The notes beneath the pieces were generated by a model. That model was not told the DNA's origin. It did not search any database and saw only the letters and a list, made by a program, of their open reading frames with translations. From Eukaryota sp. TZLM1-RC (lineage: Eukaryota > Protista > Metamonada: BaSk clade): a DNA stretch of 64,000 nt. The DNA lies in the NCBI GenBank assembly GCA_040285825.1, contig JAUPSS010000003.1, positions 3,286,001-3,350,000 of the forward strand, read 5' to 3'. Below, piece by piece: positions 35,801 to 45,589 of this stretch (position 1 is the first letter of the stretch; every line of letters starts with the position of its first letter). The translations under genes and the position numbers were made by a program.

Positions 35801-37317
35801 GCACTGGCGTGGTCCGTGATCATTTGCATACAATTAAACCGTAACGGCAAAAGGTCTTGTCTACTTAGCTCGAGACCTGTTCAATGGGAGGTTGACTTTT
35901 GCACAGGTATAGTAGTTTCAGATGATTGCAAAGTAAGAACATCCATAGGGATGTCATGTTGACCTGGTTATGGTAATTGATCAACGTGTAGTTTATGGAA
36001 AAAGTTTCGGTTCCTCTTCATTGTTTACCTGGATTGAAGGCCTGAAAGATTTAATGCTTCAAAAAGATGTGTCTTCAATGCCAATGATGAAAGTGCAGGC
36101 ATAAGCATTGTTCTTAACCCTTTTCACTTCAATTTGAACATTATGGTGATCGGGAGTAAATTTGTATGTGGAAACGGGTGCCGTTTTTACATTGATATGG
36201 TCCCCTCTATAGGTTACTTCTTGTTCCATATAAATTAGTCTGAAACGTTGAAAAGTGGGTCTCATCTCAACGAGTTCACGGTTAGATGTTGATGGGTAGT
36301 TTTTGTGAACCTCGACTACATTATGTTCTACTCCGGAAATTCAATTGTCCTCATATAATTTGTCCAATTTTGGTCTAAACAGGTCTGCGAAAAGATGACA
36401 ATTTCGAATCTGTCCAGTTGACCGGAAAAGTCTTGGTCTCTTCCATGACCTCTAACCACCAAATTTTGAAGTTGTAACCATCGACGGTCACTCTTTACTA
36501 ATAAAATCAACTCTGCAGTGCGAGGCATGGGTATGATGCATTTCTATAGAAATTCCAGTAAGACTAACTTTCTTTGGCGTTCTGCAGGTCTATCCGACAA
36601 TTCTTTGCTTTCAAGGTTGAGGAGCTCTATAAAGTCTCTCAACATTTGTGGGGTTAAAAAGACTTCCCTAAAACCGACATTAATTTCATTTAAGGTTTGT
36701 ACGGATACGCAATTTTAAACGTCTGGATGCAGGGACGAATCTGATGGTAGGGACTCTAGGAAGTCCGTTTGCTCCTTTTTTTCTTCTCCTTAGGTAATGC
36801 GGCGAGAAGCGCTTCTAACTCTGGACAAATGGCAAGAGGGTTATCTTGTGAATATTTGGCCGTTGTCAGGGTTGTAATAGCCGGTGAATGGGGGCTTTGA
36901 TTGGGAGAAAGTGTTTCCGAATGAGTTAGTCTTGGAATGGAGTTCTGACCCGAACTTGCTCGTTTGTGAAGATATGAAGTTTGACACGAACTTACTTCAA
37001 TCGTCTGAGAAGGAGTGAGGTGGGTCATTTCATGGTGGGAAATATTCATAGTATTTGAAATTATGCTGAGAAAAGGGTAAAGAGGGTCTCCTTTGAAAGA
37101 TGTCTGACATACTTCAGACATATTTTTGCTGTTTACAGTACTCTTACGGTATCCTATTTGTGGTGCCTGGAACGCTCAATAATTATTCTTGCCACTAGGC
37201 ATGCTAGCTGTATGTGTCAATGTAAGGGCTAGGTTAAGCGGGTTATGATAAAAATAATTTTATTTAAACCGACATAATATACACTAAGGTACTCACTAAT
37301 GAGGTACCCACACCACA
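32885..37317 (-). mobile_element. Heavily decayed Ty3/Gypsy element with 159-bp 5' LTR (37159-37317)
   Basis: Protease, RT and integrase fragments similar to 3141-5640 (IVHKPAR, KPRLTGDFSGEDGVKAHT, CPNCQKTAPVK); RG-rich gag; TGTGGTG...CACCACA terminal inverted repeats. Confidence 0.8.
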
Positions 37318-37690
37318 TTAAAAACAGTCTCCCTGACAGTATCATACAATGAGTTATTTAGGACAAATGAGAATATGGCGTATTGTGAACTGCGATGAAT
37401 TGAAACAAAAACATGTTTCCTTTAATGGAATTAGGACAATTGGAATATTCAACTATATTTTCATTTTTGACACAGACTCTTAAACTAACTGCACATAGCC
37501 CAATCCTTCGTGGTAAAATGGTGAGATATAGTAAAGAATCTGATGACTCATTCTCACATACAGCCCTTTGCATTAAGAATGAATGATGACCTTGATCCAA
37601 AACACCTGAGCTGCACATGTTGTAAAAAATATCATCTTCATACATTTTGGTCATTTGTTTTTGTAAAATTACAAGCGACGTGACCATATA
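37318..37690 (-). mobile_element. Family A-like non-LTR internal fragment
   Basis: LQKQMTKMYE..CSSGVLDQ..CENESSDS matches 7095-7440 and 41480-41840. Confidence 0.7.
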
Positions 37691-37785
37691 TATTATAGCT
37701 GTTTATTGAAAAAAATATTTATATAAAAACGTGACCATTTTTGTGAATTTCACAATTGTCAATTTATTTCAACATAACCTCTTCA

Positions 37786-38829
37786 ATGTCAGATGATTCT
37801 CGGCGTTTCGTAGAGCTTGCCAAGTTATACAAGCGCACAAAAGCCAATTATGACAGTCTTCTTCAAACTTTCAATCTTACTCCCTTAAACAACCCATCTA
37901 GTCTCAGTTCAGCACTCTCCCACATTGCTACACTGTCCTCCTTTTATGAGCAATTTTGCATGCAAGAACATGACCCTCGCTTTGCACAATGTTCATCTGA
38001 CAAACAAGGATGTCGATATTATGACCAAGTTCAACTCCTAAAGAGAGAGATCTCTGAACAACGAGAAAAAGTGCATAGCAATAAACAACTCTTAACCAGG
38101 GTCTCTCTCCGACTTAAAGAAGTAGATTTTCTGTCAATAGCCAAGGTTGTCCATGTTGGTCTATTCAATGAGGGAATTGGCCATTTAAAGAATTGTTTTA
38201 TTGTTGATGATTATCTATTTGTTCCAAAATCTACTGTTCACTTTATTGTCAAGAATAGTGATTTTAATGGTAATTTTATCACTTTTTCCCTCAATGAGTT
38301 TAATAAATATAATAAATCACTGATAGAAACATCATGCAGAAGAATGGTTGATGCTGACGTAGTAGTTGGCCAAAGGGCTCAGATTAATGACCTGAATTCA
38401 CAATTGGCTGAAATTTCCAGTGAATTCCGTAACTACAAGCAACAGGCTTTGGAGGCCTTCAAATCACTGGAACAGGAACCCTCGACTGTAGAGTCGACTG
38501 TAACGTCGACTGTAGAGTCGGTGGAGGTGGCAGTGTCTACAGAAGACATGCAAGATGACTTATTTACTTTGACTCAAAAATTAATTAATCTTCGGGAAGA
38601 ATATGATGAATTAAAAGAGAAATATGATGTTCAGAAGTTCAGACTACTTGACTCTGGGCAAAGCCAATGTTCTTTTTCTATAGATGAAGCTCAGCTAGCT
38701 TATTTACAATCAGTTTTTCTATCATTTATGGGATCCTCATCAAAAGTCAAGAAAAGTCTTGTGCCAGTGCTTTCTGACCTACTCAAATTCGACAAAAATC
38801 AACAACACAAATTGAGAGATTTAATTTAA
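37786..38829 (+). CDS. GRIP-domain coiled-coil protein (golgin-like)
   Basis: Coiled coils and C-terminal LAYLQSVFLSFM...LVPVLSDLLKFD GRIP signature; first ATG at 37786. Confidence 0.75.
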   Translation: MSDDSRRFVELAKLYKRTKANYDSLLQTFNLTPLNNPSSLSSALSHIATLSSFYEQFCMQEHDPRFAQCSSDKQGCRYYDQVQLLKREISEQREKVHSNKQLLTRVSLRLKEVDFLSIAKVVHVGLFNEGIGHLKNCFIVDDYLFVPKSTVHFIVKNSDFNGNFITFSLNEFNKYNKSLIETSCRRMVDADVVVGQRAQINDLNSQLAEISSEFRNYKQQALEAFKSLEQEPSTVESTVTSTVESVEVAVSTEDMQDDLFTLTQKLINLREEYDELKEKYDVQKFRLLDSGQSQCSFSIDEAQLAYLQSVFLSFMGSSSKVKKSLVPVLSDLLKFDKNQQHKLRDLI

Positions 38830-38868
38830 TATAATTTAATTTTTTTGACTTGATTGTACATCAATCTT

Positions 38869-39513
38869 TTAATACAAGCTATTCCACAATGGCAATGGTA
38901 TTTTTGAATTTTCATACTGGTTGACAAAGTCTAACACCTCATTATGACCCTCCTGAGCCAAATCTTTACCTTTTTTTGTTACAATAAATCCTTTTGGTAA
39001 TAGATTGAGTAGTTTTTCACGACAATGGTCATAGACCATTTTAGTTAGTTGATCATCAGTTGCAGCTGGACATGAATGTTTGGCATACTGATGGCATCTC
39101 TCAAGACCATGCTTTCCCAATGCATCTATTCTGTCAGCATCAGATACAATATCCAAACATAGCTGTAGTGGGGGAGAAAGTAATTGGCGGTGTCCATTAA
39201 CCTGCTTGGAAAATGATATGTTTGGAATTAAAGTCAAAATATCACTCGCGAGTTCTGAGTCATATAGAGAAGCAATAAACGAGAATAGTTCATCGTTGCT
39301 GATAGTGTTATATTTGTGATCAACAACATCATGCACGAGAGCAGTAATACATATGACTAAACATTGGTACTCTGATAGGTGAGGAGTGTTGTCAATGATC
39401 TTCAAACATGTAGCAAATACTCTTTCAGCATGTGAAAGGTTGTGTGATGCATCAAAAGAGGAAGTATGTAGACTGACGAAGTCCTTTATTTTACTAAGCA
39501 AGACGGTGTCCAT
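38869..39513 (-). CDS. HD-domain metal-dependent phosphohydrolase
   Basis: SHNLSHAERV, ALVHDVVDHKY and IVSDADRIDALG motifs. Confidence 0.9.
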   Translation of the reverse strand: MDTVLLSKIKDFVSLHTSSFDASHNLSHAERVFATCLKIIDNTPHLSEYQCLVICITALVHDVVDHKYNTISNDELFSFIASLYDSELASDILTLIPNISFSKQVNGHRQLLSPPLQLCLDIVSDADRIDALGKHGLERCHQYAKHSCPAATDDQLTKMVYDHCREKLLNLLPKGFIVTKKGKDLAQEGHNEVLDFVNQYENSKIPLPLWNSLY

Positions 39514-39516
39514 TAG

Positions 39517-39660
39517 TTACAGATATTGTCTATAACAATGAAATAAGTGTCCTTTTTACACTGATGTAGAGGGTTTGAGTTTTTGAGAGGTGGAAGATTT
39601 TCTTCTTGATACCTTTTTCTTTGAACCTTCAACAACCTTGACTCTCTGTAGGTATTCCTG
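39517..39660 (-). ncRNA. Putative Fanzor omegaRNA scaffold overlapping the ORF 3' end
   Basis: Terminal 52 nt are conserved with 25899-25950 (one mismatch) and diverge immediately after TCTGTAA. Short hairpins AGTGT/ACACT and ATTGT/ACAAT. The 5' boundary is a guess. Confidence 0.45.
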
Positions 39661-41446
39661 TCTATCTCCACCATTTACATGTGCCTTCAAAACTGCCAAC
39701 ATTTTTAGCTAAGCATTTCGATCTCTATTCCACAAACTTTCGCATGATTTACACATGGTAAGCCCGTGACGAATAGACATCTCATGCCTCTTCCATAGCC
39801 TTGGATTTCTGCACCATCAGAATGTTTCAACTGTTTTCTCCGCTTTCTTACAGTTGAAACAACAGCAACTGGTTCGAAACTCATCAATCAAAAAGACTTT
39901 ATAACCAGCCTTTTTAAATAGAATTCTCAAACCTTTTCCTTTGGTACGTTCTTTGAATTTCATGTGTTTTCGTTGTTCACAGTCTCCAATTCCAATAACT
40001 ACTTGACCTGGATCACCAATTACTGATTTGAATCTCTGGATCATTATCGCCTCAGAGCTTGTGCGATTTATCTCAGCCCACCATCTTAGTTTCCTATATA
40101 TTTTTTGTTGATAGATTCCACCAACAACACTATTCACATAATTCTTTTATTTAATATAATCCATAAATCTATCAAACCTGCAGCGTTTGGCATTGAATTG
40201 GGATAAAGTTGCTTCCCATTCTGCTACGGATTTCGTCGTGTGATCATTGTTTCTCAAATTGAATGAGTAATCAATTTCGTGGGGAATATTGATTTCTTGA
40301 GGTACTTTTCCTCTTAATGAACTAATTGTTCTTTCAGTCATTTGATTAATTACACTTCTGTTTGGATCCATCCTTTGTTCTTGCTCTTCAGATGGTTCAT
40401 AATTGGATAGATCAATTACTCTACCAGTAGAATTACTTATTGTGATAAGAGTGTCATTCCGTATGATGTCTCTTATTCTTTTGAATTTGGAACTTTTCGA
40501 CTCAAATCTTCGTTGATTTTGAATCTACCTTAAATGAACATATTTATCTCTCTCAGGTTTTTTTGAATGAGTCATTCCAGTAACTAAATTGGCAGAAAAA
40601 TAAAGTAGATCAGCTTTTCTTGGATCAGCAGCAGTAAGGGTCATATCTTGGAATTCAGAAGGATTGATGCTGGGGTCATCAATATATTTTTCTTTACCTT
40701 TCAATTCTTTTGCAGTTACTTTGTACTTTTTCAAGTCAATTCCAGATTGAATGAATGATACTGCTATTCCATCAGTCTCGATACTAGACATGATGTACTT
40801 CGAATTTGCTGAATAAAGTTTAGTGTTTTTAATCTTATTCATTTTCAAAAAGGTATTCCGTAAAACCAAATCAGCAGCTTGATTATTGCATTGGTAGGAA
40901 GATTTTTGACCAAGAACGTTCTTGAATTCGACAAAGAACAAGTCCATTAAACTTGTCTTGTCAATTCTGATATACGAGGGAATACAAGAATTCTTCAAAG
41001 GCAGAGCATGAAAGAATTTGCTCTCCTCATCTTCTAAATAATTATTAATATAAAACATTGCCCTCAAAAAGTAATTTTATTTTGATGAAAAATCAAATTC
41101 TGAACATTTTTCCCTTTTAGAATTTCTGGGAAGTAAAAAGGGTTCCGGTCATTAATGAAAAGCGAAGTAATTGATGGGACTTTGTTTCTCATTGAAGAAG
41201 TTTCACCATCAATATCTCTTCTTCCTTCTAGAAGGAGAGATTTAACTTTGCTGATGAATGATGAGAAGTTTTTCTTATCTTGCATTTTCAGGATATTGTT
41301 GTTTCTCTTAACATCATAAAAACATCGACAAACCGATCCAAGAAATCAAAGTAATGTTCCTGGATGTTATTTTTGAAATTCACAATCAGTTTGTCAATAG
41401 TGTAATACAAAATATTACTGATTCCTTTTTTTGATAAAACTTTTGG

Positions 41447-42357
41447 GAAGGAATTTTTTAAATTTAAAACCACTCTTCGAACATTACAGAAAAGATTGAC
41501 TGGAATGTATGAAAAAGATCTTTATAATAATATATGCAGCTCAGCTGTTTTAAATCAAGATCTTCACTCATTGTTATTGGAAAAGGGTGTTTGTGAAACC
41601 CAGTCATCAGATTCTTCACTTTTTGTAACCATTGTACCACGAAGATTTGGATTGTGTGCCACTAATGAAGCATTTGTAACAAAAATGAGATTATGTTTGA
41701 ATATCCCCATTAATCATTTATTATCAAAAGAAAAATGTATTTGTTCGAATTCGCCTCAGCTCACTTTGCGACATGCTCTGGGTTGTTTGAAATTGATAAC
41801 TAATCGTTCTTCATTACATGATGCTGAAAGAAACACTGTTTTTGAATAATTTTGGTTCTCATGACAGAGGTGATATATACTGTGATTGGATTGATAATTC
41901 TGATGCTGTTGTTGACTTTGTCTCATGTAATGCTGCAAATGACACTTTGTCTCACAGAAGAAAATTTAATCCTGTAAGTGCTCTTGAATTTAAAGCTAAA
42001 GAAAAACAAAGAAAATATGACAAAGATATCGAAGAAGCTAATGCTGGTAGAAATACACCACTAGTTTTTATTGTTTTCCCATTTTCGATAAACGGAAGAC
42101 TATCAGTAGAAGCGGAAACTTTTTTGAATGACTTCCAAAAAATGGTTCAAGAAAAAACAATGAAAAGATTTGATACTTTTTAGGGCGCTCTCGGATTCAA
42201 TTTGCCATTGAAATAGATTACCTCGGTTTTTCAATCGAATTAGAAAAGCTTTAGCTAGACAACAAGCAGATCAAGCTTTTGTAGAGGAAATTTTGGTTCA
42301 ATGATTTTCGTCCCATTAGTTATGAATTAATTTTTATTAGGTGTACATGTTAAATAA
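41447..42357 (+). mobile_element. 5'-truncated family A non-LTR insertion with 13-bp TSD
   Basis: ATAAAACTTTTGG at 41434-41446 and 42358-42370; the Fanzor frame (LVPKVLSKKG) is restored on removal. Confidence 0.92.
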
Positions 42358-42739
42358 ATAAAACTTTTGGAACAAGTTAATCTTTAAAATGTTGATGATA
42401 GGATTCCAACAATGGCACACAACGAGAATTTTGCATGACTGTTTCTGTCTTTGCGCTAAGGGAACTTTCCTCCTCACTTTGAGACGTGCCCAAAAGAAAG
42501 GCGTCACGAAAAAAATTGCGCTTAAATTTTTGGTAAAATATCATTAGGTTTTAAGTCAAAATGATGCAAATAATAACCACAAATAAATTCTAAACCAACA
42601 ATTGAAATTTCCTAACACCTAATTACTGCCTCATCGATCACGTCAAGCATTTGCGGATCTCTGATGACATTTTTTAGACTGTTTTTATAACCATTATTAG
42701 GTTTATGTTTAACATTTTCATGAGTTGGTCATTGTTAAA

Positions 42740-43480
42740 GAAATTAAATAATTTCATGGTTAATTCTGTATCCCTCGAACAATGAAGTTCAACTGCAGTT
42801 CTTCTTTGGGATAAGGAAAAATCTGAGAAGGGATCATCTTCTTGAACCTTCCAGTACTTTGCAATATATTGAGGATCAAGGTCAATTTTACTTTCCCCTA
42901 ATAAAATATTAGAAACTGTTTTTAGTTTCCGTGGTTGATAATAATTTGTGTAAATACTATAAGTATCAACAACAAATCGACCAGAAATTAAGGGGTTCAA
43001 GTGTTTGTGATTCAATTCTATTAAATTTGAGCTATAGTATTGAACCCATCTACTAGCATCGATTTCACCCTTAAAAAGTTCTCATTTTTCAGAACGTTTC
43101 ATAAAATGTGGGATGTCAAATTTCAGAATATTGAAACCACATTTTATATGAGGATTATAAATTTCTAATAATTTTTTCAAATGAACTTAGCAATTCTTTT
43201 TCAGAAGAATGATGATATTTTTATCATCAGCTTTGCAATAATGTTCATTTCTGCTTGTTGATTTTTCTACAAGATCACAAAAACAAAGATTTAATTCAAT
43301 CTGTTCTCGAGTGAAAATATGAGAAACACAATTTGCAACAATCTTTCTTGTAGATTGACAGTAAGAGATGGAATTTTCTTTTGCAGAAATGACAATTATT
43401 TCTTCCTCATCACTGAGCTTTTTTCCCAACACCAAAATTTCAATATCAAAATGTAAATTTCTTAGAGTGGATTGTGTTTT
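42740..43480 (-). pseudogene. Stand-alone family-B DNA polymerase-type 3'-5' exonuclease domain (no polymerase domain)
   Basis: ExoI LHFDIE (~43445); SEKELL..F..YNPHI.CGFNILKFDIPHF ExoII (~43110-43200); GRFVVDTY; KLKTVSNILLGESKIDL; ExoIII HCSRD (~42775). Confidence 0.8.
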
Positions 43481-43689
43481 GACATTTGATGGTGTCACTA
43501 AAGGGTATTTAAATTGAGTCAGTGGATTCTCATTGAAAAGGGTTTTTACACGTTTCAAAGGTGTGCTCAATGCATCAGCTCGCCTTTTCCTTTTTTGGCT
43601 TCTTGTACAGAGGAGCATTTCTTTGTCTCAAATGATTTTCGTTCAATGTCAACACAGTTATAAAAACATCTTTTGTCTTGATTGACAAA

Positions 43690-44673
43690 ATGTTTAACAA
43701 GAGCTGAATCAATTGAATTCAGCTGATTTGACAAAAACAAATTGATCATTCCTTTTGCAAACAATGTGGTGAAGAATCTACAATCATACAAATTAGCTTG
43801 AAAAAATTCAGATATATTCTGACTGATAACCAAATTTATCAAAAATTATTGAATTATTTTTTTGATGTTGTTCTTCATTATGACGAAGACTATCGAAAAG
43901 AAAAAATTTTACTGTTCTGGATTTGATCCAGAATGCAACAAGTACCCAATGTTACCCAATGGTAAATTGTTCGTCAACAGATGCAATCAAATGTGATTGA
44001 TGAAATGCATCAGTATAGGGCAGAGGAATCAATGTAATTTTTCGTCGCCAGAATTGATCAATTGTGAGCAAAAATCCTCTTGAACAAATCCCCGCAAAAA
44101 TAATAGGGCTGATGCGATGGGTTAAACCAGTATTTTGTTATGTGACAATGGAGTTGATGACTGATTGATAAAGTTGTTGATCGAATCAGTGATTTGTTCA
44201 TCATCTGACCATTTGTCTTTAACATCATCACTTTGTTGCCCTCCACCTAATAAATTAATTTTTTTAAAATATATATTGTAGTTATCAAAAGGAATCAAAT
44301 TTACATAATTTTTAATAAAAAAATAATAGAATATTTTATCAAATAGGTCATCAATCTCTCCAAAATAAACACAAAATGAATTGTTCCCTTCTATAAAGAG
44401 GCTGTGGGTGGAAACACATACAGCTTCCAGGTTCGTGCCCCAGACACGACCAGCAAATTCATAGATAATGTGTTTTCTTGAAGGAATTATAAAATGTTTA
44501 TTAATCAATAATGAACAATTAATTAAAAAACAATTTATAAAAACTTTTTGATGGACTATTTGGACAAGTTGACCCTTCTCAACCATTAAAGTGGAAGAGT
44601 CAATCTGAACAGGTAGTATATTTTCAACCAAATGGTAAGGAGAGTCTTCATGAGAAAAATGTGTCCAAACCAA
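43690..44673 (-). pseudogene. Ulp1/C48 (SUMO-protease-like) peptidase domain remnant with N-terminal extension
   Basis: WSDDEQI (~44200), HWVLVAF (43951), FDSL (~43890) and QLNSIDSA (~43710) in the order of the C48 W..DE.I / HW / D / Q.N..DC motifs. Catalytic Cys position reads Ser; frameshifted. Confidence 0.6.
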
Positions 44674-44739
44674 TATCAGAATTACTGAACTAGTTCGCCC
44701 GAACGTTTGGAAGGGTTGCGAACGTTCGGAATTTTAACA

Positions 44740-45180
44740 TTTTTTTATTTACTCTTTTTATTCAAAAGAAATTATCAAAAACTAAAAATCATTTTCCTCA
44801 AACTGCACATCTACCATTGACAATTTACCTACAGCATTTTTTCATAAAATCTTGTGATAATAACCAGCTAGAAACAAGGCTATACATTCCTTTAAAAGTA
44901 GAAAATACAATTCTGTTTTGCCAAAAGGTTCGGTCAAATATTCTTCCAGTTCTGTTTTTGACAATAGATGAAACATCGTCTTCAAAAGATAACGCAGTTT
45001 TACCCAAGGTTCCAAATAAAGAAAAAGCAAAAGGACGAAGAAGATATTGAGTATGTGAGTTGGAATTCATTGATATTGATTTTTTCAGCATATTTGATAA
45101 TTCTAACATTGGTCCAAACTGTCAATTTCTATCAAAACGCACTTCTGGCTTTTGACCAATTCATGCAATCTTGATAGCCG
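44740..45180 (-). mobile_element. RLE-type non-LTR 3' fragment (family B-related)
   Basis: PFAFSLFGTLGK..RTGRIFDRTFWQNRIVFS parallels 53184-53447; A-rich tail. Confidence 0.7.
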
Positions 45181-45589
45181 TTAAGCATACTTTAGTTCTA
45201 TCACTATATGTTATCACGATCAAATGATAGTTAAAGCAGCAAAATCACAATACGCATACAGGTACGCAATACATTAAAAAACAGTTATCTACGGGGTCTC
45301 CGGAACCCACAATACAGAGACCATTGTAATCTTTTTAGACCAAATAATCTTTGAGCCATCTTCGTGCTACTATTCCATGTCTTTGTTGATAACTAAATTA
45401 TCCAAATCTACCTGATGATATTGGAGATCCAACCCCTTTTCGAAGTATCACGTGCAATTTCTTCTAGACCGTATGGTGAGGACACAGGACTTTGAATGAT
45501 CACGTTTGATCATTTCAAATGTGCTGCAAATCTCTGAATACTATGATACCTTTATTGACCCGTTTGTATGATTTAATTATCGAAAATCC

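Larger units (their letters stand above)
39517..42730 (-). pseudogene. Near full-length Fanzor pseudogene (lineage 1), interrupted by a family A retrotransposon at 41447-42357
   Basis: N-terminus YKNSLKNVI..IDEAVIRC (42600-42700); FKNNIQEHY; LPLKN..PSYIRID; ETDG; AADPRKADLL; IGD.EQRKHMKFKE.TKGKG; IDEFRTSCCCFNC; HGLVTCKSC; NRDRNA; stop TAA at 39556-39558. Confidence 0.9.

Noticed and set aside
38481-38520. Short TCGACTGTAGAG tandem repeat
   Set aside because: In-frame STVE/STVT peptide repeat in the golgin; ordinary slippage.
42600-44700. Polinton or endogenous giant-virus fragment
   Set aside because: No polymerase palm, capsid, packaging ATPase, integrase or TIRs are visible; only an exonuclease domain and a C48-like remnant.
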